From positions 1 through 64,000 of the forward strand of contig CAVYNH010000007.1 of NCBI GenBank assembly GCA_963769885.1: 64,000 nt of DNA, in the 5' to 3' direction. A program made the position numbers and the translations under genes. Positions 57,741 to 64,000 of this stretch are shown here, piece after piece. Under the pieces are notes generated by a model that had not been told where the DNA came from, did not search any database, and worked only from the letters and a program-made list of their open reading frames with translations. The stretch is from Methanobacteriota archaeon. GTDB taxonomy: Archaea; Thermoplasmatota; E2; DHVEG-1. Position 1 is the first letter of the stretch, and each line of letters begins with the position of its first letter.

Positions 57741-59258
57741 TTATCTTTGGGGGATGGGAGGTTCTGTTCTCCCGTAGGTGGTGGTGATGAGGCGTAGGAT
57801 GTCGGCGAGGTGGAGGGAGAGTTGGGGTTGGGTGACGCGCCAGGTCCAGTTGCCGTGGCTCTGGTTGGGGGTGTTCATGCGGGCGTCGGAGCCGAGGCCG
57901 AGGAGATCTTGCATGGGGATGATGGCTGTGTCGGCGACGGAGCTGTGGGCGAGTCTGATGAAGACCCAGTGGACGGTGTCGCTGGTGACGTCTTGGGCGG
58001 TGTAGTCGTTGATGTGTTGGCGGATGGTGGGGTCGGTTTCGGTGTCGTACCAGCCGCGGATGGTGTTGTTGTCGTGGGTGCCGGTGTAGATGACAGAGTT
58101 TTTGGCGACGTTGCACGGGAGGTAGGGGTTGGTGGTGGGGTCGTCGAAGAAGGCGAATTGGAGGATGTCCATGCCGGGGAGGTGGTAGTGGTCGCGCAAT
58201 TCCCTGACGTCGGCGGTGATGCAGCCGAGGTCTTCGGCGATGAGTTGGATGTTGGGGTGGCGGCGGTAGAGGCGGTCGAAGAAGCGGGTGCCGGGGCCGG
58301 GTGTCCAGGCACCGTTTTTTGCGGTGGGGTCGGTGGCGGGGACTTCCCAGTGGGCGGTGAAGGCGCGGAAGTGGTCGATGCGGATGTAGTCGTAGAGGGT
58401 TTGGGTGTGGGCGAGTCTGGTGATCCACCAGGTGTAGGTGGTGGTATTCTTCCAGTTGTAGATGGGGTTTTTCCAGAGTTGTCCGGTTTTGCTGAAGTAG
58501 TCGGGTGGGACGCCGGAGACGACCGCGGGGGTCTTGTCGGCGTTGAGTTTGAAGATGTCGGGGTTGGCCCAGACGTCGGCGCTGTAGTAGTCGACGAAGT
58601 AGGGGAGGTCGCCGATGAGGTGGATGGCGTGGCCGTTGCAGTAGGCTTTGAGGGCCTGCCAGTGGTGGAAGGTGAGGAACTGTAGGATTTTTTCTGCGGT
58701 GATCTGATCTCGGAGTTGGTCGTTGATTTTTTTGAGGGCGGTGGGTGTGCGGTCTTTGATGTCTGCGGGCCAGTCGGTCCATGGCGCGTTGAAGTGGGCT
58801 TCGCAGGCGTGGTAGGTGGCGTAGTCGTCGAGCCAGAAGGCGTTGGCGGCGCAGAAGGCGTCGTAGGCGCAGTGGAGGCTTTGGTCCGGGTGTTTGGTGA
58901 AGCGGGCTGGGATTTTATTGAAGAGGGTTTCTTTGTAGGCGAGGGCGTCGTCGTAGTCAACGCGGGTGTCTGAGAAGGAGGGGGGGTTGGCGAGGTCTAC
59001 AGGAGTGAGGAGTCCTTGGTTTTTTAGGATGTCGGGGCTGAGGAAGTAGGAGTTGAGGGCGAAGGCGGAGGCGCTGGCGTAGGGGGAGGTGTTACCGGGG
59101 TTGATGGGGGTGAGGGGAAGGATCTGCCAGAGGCGTTGGCCGGCGGCTTTGAGGAAATCGGCGAAGCGGTAGGCGCCGGGGCCGAGGTCGCCGATGCCGT
59201 AGGGCGAGGGAAGGGAAGAAATGTGAAGTAGGATGCCGCTGCTGCGCAGATGTCTCAC
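57741..59258 (-). CDS. malQ: 4-alpha-glucanotransferase (GH77)
   Basis: SGILLHISSLPS, WQILPL, GVPPDYFS, RIDHFR, AEDLG, YTGTHDN. Confidence 0.97.
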   Translation of the reverse strand: MRHLRSSGILLHISSLPSPYGIGDLGPGAYRFADFLKAAGQRLWQILPLTPINPGNTSPYASASAFALNSYFLSPDILKNQGLLTPVDLANPPSFSDTRVDYDDALAYKETLFNKIPARFTKHPDQSLHCAYDAFCAANAFWLDDYATYHACEAHFNAPWTDWPADIKDRTPTALKKINDQLRDQITAEKILQFLTFHHWQALKAYCNGHAIHLIGDLPYFVDYYSADVWANPDIFKLNADKTPAVVSGVPPDYFSKTGQLWKNPIYNWKNTTTYTWWITRLAHTQTLYDYIRIDHFRAFTAHWEVPATDPTAKNGAWTPGPGTRFFDRLYRRHPNIQLIAEDLGCITADVRELRDHYHLPGMDILQFAFFDDPTTNPYLPCNVAKNSVIYTGTHDNNTIRGWYDTETDPTIRQHINDYTAQDVTSDTVHWVFIRLAHSSVADTAIIPMQDLLGLGSDARMNTPNQSHGNWTWRVTQPQLSLHLADILRLITTTYGRTEPPIPQR

Positions 59259-59293
59259 CGCCTATGAGGAGGTCCTCTCGTTGTTTTTTTTTA

Positions 59294-59878
59294 TCAACCG
59301 TCGTCTCCAGCCTTTTTCCCGCCGTGTACTATCATCGTCCATTCTGCCAATGCCTCCAGCGTGTCCCTGATAAGTCGTCGTGTTCTCTCGTCGGTAAGCC
59401 GACCCATATCGTCGCACTTCTTGGTGACGTCGGCCACAAGGACTTGCGGGAAATTCAACGGATGCATGTTGCAGGCGGAAAAGACATTATGCAGGGCCAT
59501 TTGGCAGCGGGCGGTCCCAAAGCGGCCAGTGGATGCTCCCATCACGGCCACGGGTTTCCCATCGAGAACGGATGTCTCCGAAGGTCGCGATGCCCAATCC
59601 AACGCGTTTTTCAGCACTCCTGGGATCGAGTAGTTATATTCCGGCGTGCAAATGAGGAGCGCGTCGGCTTCGGCGATCGCCTGTTTCAAGGCTTTGACCC
59701 GCTCCGGGTCGCCCTGATCCTCGATATCCTGGTTGAAAAGTGGGATGCCGGCAAGGTCAAAGACCCTGATGTCAACGGAGTCAGGGGCGAGTTCGATTGC
59801 TGATTTGAGAAGCGCCTTATTGTAGGATGCTTGCCGCAGGCTCCCAGCGATTCCCAGGATTCTGAGTTGTTTCGTCAT
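59294..59878 (-). CDS. NADPH-dependent FMN reductase
   Basis: GSLRQASYN, TPEYNYSIPGVLKNALDW. Confidence 0.95.
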   Translation of the reverse strand: MTKQLRILGIAGSLRQASYNKALLKSAIELAPDSVDIRVFDLAGIPLFNQDIEDQGDPERVKALKQAIAEADALLICTPEYNYSIPGVLKNALDWASRPSETSVLDGKPVAVMGASTGRFGTARCQMALHNVFSACNMHPLNFPQVLVADVTKKCDDMGRLTDERTRRLIRDTLEALAEWTMIVHGGKKAGDDG

Positions 59879-60024
59879 ACGAAGATGCAAACCCTTCATC
59901 CTATTTTTGTTTTGTTGTCTCACACCTCATGCATAGCAAAGGAGGACGCCTACGCGCGAGGAAAAGAAAGGGAGTGGCTCGTGGCGGGCGGTTCGGAGGT
60001 TTCAGAGGCGAGATTCGTTACTGG

Positions 60025-61260
60025 CTAGCGTCTCGACCGCCCAAATGACGGCGCATGAAACGAGGCGTTCCGCTGGTGGTGCCGATGATAACTGGGCTGA
60101 CCACCCCGGTGCTGCGAGAACTGCTGAGGAGACTGCCGGGAGAACGGGACGCGCTGGAACTGCGGCATCTCCGCCCGCTCGATCTGCAGCTCTTCGTTGC
60201 TCTGCACACGGCGGAAATTATCGTGATCCCGCTCCGTTAACAGCGTGATCGCGGCGCCTTCTGCCCCTGCCCGAGCGGTGCGGCCTATCCGATGGACATA
60301 GTCCGTTGGGGTCTTAGGGACGTCATAGTTGTAGATATGGGTGATGTTCTTGATATCGAGTCCTCGGGCGGCGACATCAGTCGCGACCAGGACTTTTGTC
60401 CGCTCGTTCCTAAGGTCGTTGAGCGAGGTCGTCCGTTTGTTCTGATTCATGCCTCCATGGATCGCTGAGGCATAGATTCCCTGGCGTTTGAGGTTGCGAG
60501 CGACCACGTCGGATTCCCTGCGTGTCCCGCAGAAAACGATCGAGAGGCCCTCTGTCCTTGTCTTGAGGAGATGGACGAGAAGAGAGAACTTCTGGTTCTG
60601 CTCGAAGATATCGTAGTACACCTGATGAAGCTTGGTGTGATCGACGTACGACTGGGTTCTGACGACTACCGGGTTCTCCGAATGATTCTTCACAAGGGTG
60701 AGGACATCGTCTGAGATGGTTGCACTGAAGAGAAGGAGTTGGCGGCCGCGGGGGACTTCACGGATGATCGCTTCGACGTCTTCGATGAAGCCCATTTCGA
60801 ACATCTTGTCGGTCTCGTCTATTACAAGAACGTCGATGTTCCGAAGATCGATCGTATTGCGTCGGATGTGATCGAGCATTCGACCTGGTGTGGCGACGGT
60901 AATCTCTGCGTTTTCAAGGCGGTGGATTTGCGGGGTGATGCTAACGCCGCCGTGGACGCAGGCGACGGACAGTCGGAGGTGTTTTCCGTAGTCTTTGAAA
61001 ACTTCGGAGATTTGGATGCAGAGTTCTCTGGTCGGGGTGAGGATGAGTGCTTGCAGTCCTTGGCGTGGCTGGGTTTTCTCAAGAATGGGGAGGCCGAAGG
61101 CGAGGGTTTTACCTGAGCCGGTTTCTGCTTGCCCGACGACATCCTTGCCTTGAAGGATGGGGGGGATGCATTTTTCTTGAATGCAGGTAAGATCAGTGAA
61201 TCCTTGGTCTTGGAGCTGCTCGAGGAGTCTTGAATTGATGCTGAGGTCGTTACATTTCAT
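60025..61260 (-). CDS. DEAD-box RNA helicase (motif II reads DETD)
   Basis: AETGSGKT, PTREL, TPGR, DETD, SAT, ARGLD, HRIGRTAR. Confidence 0.95.
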   Translation of the reverse strand: MKCNDLSINSRLLEQLQDQGFTDLTCIQEKCIPPILQGKDVVGQAETGSGKTLAFGLPILEKTQPRQGLQALILTPTRELCIQISEVFKDYGKHLRLSVACVHGGVSITPQIHRLENAEITVATPGRMLDHIRRNTIDLRNIDVLVIDETDKMFEMGFIEDVEAIIREVPRGRQLLLFSATISDDVLTLVKNHSENPVVVRTQSYVDHTKLHQVYYDIFEQNQKFSLLVHLLKTRTEGLSIVFCGTRRESDVVARNLKRQGIYASAIHGGMNQNKRTTSLNDLRNERTKVLVATDVAARGLDIKNITHIYNYDVPKTPTDYVHRIGRTARAGAEGAAITLLTERDHDNFRRVQSNEELQIERAEMPQFQRVPFSRQSPQQFSQHRGGQPSYHRHHQRNASFHAPSFGRSRR

Positions 61261-61319
61261 AGTCTATCAACTGCTAGATTGTGGTCTAAGAATAGTGGGT
61301 TGAACGCGGCTGTTGTTCC

Positions 61320-61511
61320 TTATTTTTTTGTCACGTTCTTGGCTTGTGGTCCTCGCTCTGACGTCTCAACCTCAAAATTTACTTCGTCGCCCTCGTTGAG
61401 TGTGACATCGGCGGGGATTGCACTCCGATGGACAAAAACATCTTTGCCGTCTTCTCCTTGTATGAATCCGTATCCCTTTCGGGCGTTGTACCATTTTATG
61501 TTTCCTTTCAT
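61320..61511 (-). CDS. Cold-shock protein
   Basis: [23 protein letters not shown]. Confidence 0.95.
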   Translation of the reverse strand: MKGNIKWYNARKGYGFIQGEDGKDVFVHRSAIPADVTLNEGDEVNFEVETSERGPQAKNVTKK

Positions 61512-61835
61512 AATTGATCACGTTTTTTTTGTTTTTCTTGAAAAGAATAGAAACAAAAGCTTTCAAAAATATCGGGTTTGGTGATTGTTTGTGAAATCTT
61601 TTTGTTTTATTCCTTTGGATGTGGTGTACCTTTCCCGCCTTTATATAGTTTTGTCTTATGAAGGGGCATTCAGGGTCGAGCCCATGGTATGTCTGTAATG
61701 GGTTAGAGGTGGGGTAGCGTTTACTCCATTGGTCTTTCCTAAGGGATTCCCAGTTCTAAGGATAATGCTTTTATAATAGGGCGTGGTATCCTTTTTCAGC
61801 GATCGTTTTTCAAAAACGACGCCCAAGGAATATGT

Positions 61836-62006
61836 ATGTATAGAGAAAGACGTGAAAGAGGGGGATATGATAGGCCTCCTCGCGAGATGCACCCCGCTAC
61901 CTGTGCAGAATGTGGAAAGGAAACTGAAGTACCTTTTAAGCCGGATGGCAGTAGACCGGTGTATTGCCGGGAATGCTTCCAGAAGCATAAGCCAAAACGA
62001 TTCTAA
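61836..62006 (+). CDS. CxxC-x17-CxxC zinc-finger protein
   Basis: MYRERRERGGYDRPPREMHPATCAECGKETEVPFKPDGSRPVYCRECF. Not in the ORF track. Confidence 0.92.
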   Translation: MYRERRERGGYDRPPREMHPATCAECGKETEVPFKPDGSRPVYCRECFQKHKPKRF

Positions 62007-62249
62007 GTCCCGCTAGACTCTTGGCATAATTCTTACACATCCTTCTTTTTTTTCTCTTTTTTTCAGGTTTACTTGTTTTTTCTTTTATCAAAAGGTTTAT
62101 AAGGGCTTTCGAGTGTGGGGGCATGCGAAAGAAGAAAAGACTGGGAGTCCGCGTTTTCGATGCAGTCGTCGAAGCGGCGAGAACATTTCTGGTTTTTTGT
62201 TTTTTCATCGGACACTCGCATCGAAAATCGATGGAAGCGTGGTTTGAAT

Positions 62250-62435
62250 ATGAAAGGAAGACGAAACAGCAAGAAGGATTACCATAAGATACAGCAGATT
62301 GTGACGCGCTGCAGTCTCCTGCAAAACGTGAAGTTTGAGCATGAGACTTGCGGGCAGTTCAAGACGAAAACAAATCCCCAGGCGGATCAGGTTAATTCAC
62401 AGCAGACCTGCAAGCACTGTCAGTACTCGTATTGA
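62250..62435 (+). CDS. Small Cys-containing hypothetical protein
   Basis: MKGRRNSKKDY...RC...TC...TCKHCQYSY. Confidence 0.55.
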   Translation: MKGRRNSKKDYHKIQQIVTRCSLLQNVKFEHETCGQFKTKTNPQADQVNSQQTCKHCQYSY

Positions 62436-62458
62436 ACGCCTCTTGAGGCGAGGCAGGC

Positions 62459-62650
62459 ATGGACGGCGTTGTGAACTGGTACGACGAAAAGGACGGACGA
62501 GGGTTTATCACCGGCCACGATGGAGCCGATGTGTTCGTGTATAAATCCTCCCTTGATTTTCTGACGATCCTGCATCCTGGCGACCGGATTAAGTACAACG
62601 TCGTCATGACGATAAAAGGACCACAGGCGGAACACGTCAAGGTCCTGTAA
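62459..62650 (+). CDS. Cold-shock domain protein
   Basis: GVVNWYDEKDGRGFI, DVFVY, KGPQA. Confidence 0.9.
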   Translation: MDGVVNWYDEKDGRGFITGHDGADVFVYKSSLDFLTILHPGDRIKYNVVMTIKGPQAEHVKVL

Positions 62651-62909
62651 ACGCCTTTTTTTCGGTATGTAATCTTTTTTAAAAAAAATTGATTGCGAAA
62701 GCCAAGGGGGTAGACCTTCAAGGGAGAGGGGATGAATTTAATAAAACGCGTCCCCGGCGACTCTACAAACCGTTTATAATCAACGAAGAATGCCCTGCAG
62801 CCTCTTCCAAAAAAATCATACATTCACAAATCGTTTCAATTTCGTTTCAAAACACGTATTGTCATATAATTCGAATAAATAGAAAAAGAAAAAAAGAGGG
62901 GATAGGGGA

Positions 62910-63998
62910 TTATTTTTTCAAAATGACGAGGAACAATAAGACGAGTCCTACCGCCGATTTTTCCACGTAACCGGCTTTGACCGTGATTGTCGTCTTCCCA
63001 AAGCCGATTGGCGTGTCTCTTACGGTGGTATATGTTCCGATGTTCAGTGCTGAGATAGTCCCGTCATTAGACTTCCCCTTTAAGATGAACCCGCCGACGC
63101 AACTGATCGTCCAGTTGATGTCCGTCAAGTTGACGTCCCCGACGTTTTTCACCGTCGCAGTGATGCCGAAGACGCCCTTGATGGTGATCTCAATGGGGTA
63201 GCGGATGGTGAACGCGGCAGTCTTCTCAGTCTCGATGTTGCCCGCATTGTCCACAGAGTAGAAGGCGATGGTGTGGTTTCCCTCTTCAGTGATGTTGAAG
63301 GACCCGGTGTAGATCGTCCATTCGCCGGCGTCAACCTTGTACTTGGTGTAGTTCACGCCATACCCAAAGTCAACGGCGGTGAGCGTGACCTTAACGGGGG
63401 ACGTATAATTCCCTCCGCTCATCTCACCTTCAAGGGTGCAGTTTGTTTCAGGTGGCGTCGTGTCTCCTACCGAGCCGATAAGCTGGAAGTTCAAATCATG
63501 GGGAAGTGGATTAGGATCCGGGGGGACACTCTGTGCCAATAATGTCATAATCGTCACCCAATTTGAGTAACTCCAATAAACCCCTTTAAACATTGCTTCA
63601 TGAAGTTTAATTGGACTTTGTGAACTATTGTGTCGGCACCAGGCACCTTGTGGATATGTATTCGGTGTTTGAATCGCTTGAATCGTGATCCAATACTTTG
63701 TGCCCCCGTTGAGGGTTTGCGGTACTGGTAATGGACAAGAATAGTTGGCGACCCAATAGGTATTATTATTATCGGGACGCGTGTAATTATACCAAAAACT
63801 TCTTGTAATCGACGCATCAGATATAGTACGGTTATAAATTTCGGTACCTGGCCAGCTTCCATTACCGATGTCATTCCAGAAGATAATGCGCCAATCCCAG
63901 TGGTAATCCTTTTGGCCTTGGGCTAACTGACACTGGAAATATCCTCCCTGCCAAGCTACGCTATCGACGGTGCTTGTGGTATTAAACTGGAAGTCATC
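62910..63998 (-). CDS. Secreted multidomain protein (5' truncated by the window edge), Ig-like/OmpL47-like domain plus C-terminal beta domain
   Basis: Frame is open to the window edge (DDFQFNTT...KYWITIQ...); DTTPPET, YSVDNAGNIE; hydrophobic C-terminus. Confidence 0.8.
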   Translation of the reverse strand, partial: DDFQFNTTSTVDSVAWQGGYFQCQLAQGQKDYHWDWRIIFWNDIGNGSWPGTEIYNRTISDASITRSFWYNYTRPDNNNTYWVANYSCPLPVPQTLNGGTKYWITIQAIQTPNTYPQGAWCRHNSSQSPIKLHEAMFKGVYWSYSNWVTIMTLLAQSVPPDPNPLPHDLNFQLIGSVGDTTPPETNCTLEGEMSGGNYTSPVKVTLTAVDFGYGVNYTKYKVDAGEWTIYTGSFNITEEGNHTIAFYSVDNAGNIETEKTAAFTIRYPIEITIKGVFGITATVKNVGDVNLTDINWTISCVGGFILKGKSNDGTISALNIGTYTTVRDTPIGFGKTTITVKAGYVEKSAVGLVLLFLVILKK

Positions 63999-64000
63999 GG

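Noticed and set aside
61656-61988. 110-aa minus-strand ORF
   Set aside because: Shadow of the CxxC-x17-CxxC gene on the + strand.

Overview
Archaeal chromosomal DNA, most likely Thermoplasmatota (DHVEG-1/MBG-D-like; inferred from gene content). Housekeeping genes: TFS, PCNA, Rpp14/Pop5, gcvPA/PB, RFC small subunit, S8e, SRP19, proteasome alpha, transaldolase, malQ and a DEAD-box/CSP cold-shock cluster. There are two type IV pilus-like systems. The first is a 19-kb operon with two ATPases, two TadC-like proteins and three giant pilins, each with 7, 14 or 14 beta-propeller-like blades inserted inside a LamG domain. The second is a HerA + ATPase + double-TadC + EarA-like locus, whose probable extra pilins lie near PCNA. 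A serine recombinase is followed by an unusual HNH-nuclease/recombinase-domain fusion and three boxes spaced exactly 45 bp apart. An AT-rich defence island (about 48.1-53.0 kb) holds a PvuII-type MTase, an RHH regulator, a PD-(D/E)xK nuclease and a class III nucleotide cyclase next to a 4-TM protein. The whole window shows an extreme C/A versus G/T strand skew that flips every 5-10 kb regardless of gene orientation. No rRNA, complete tRNA or CRISPR array was seen. All family assignments come from motif recognition by eye, not database searches.
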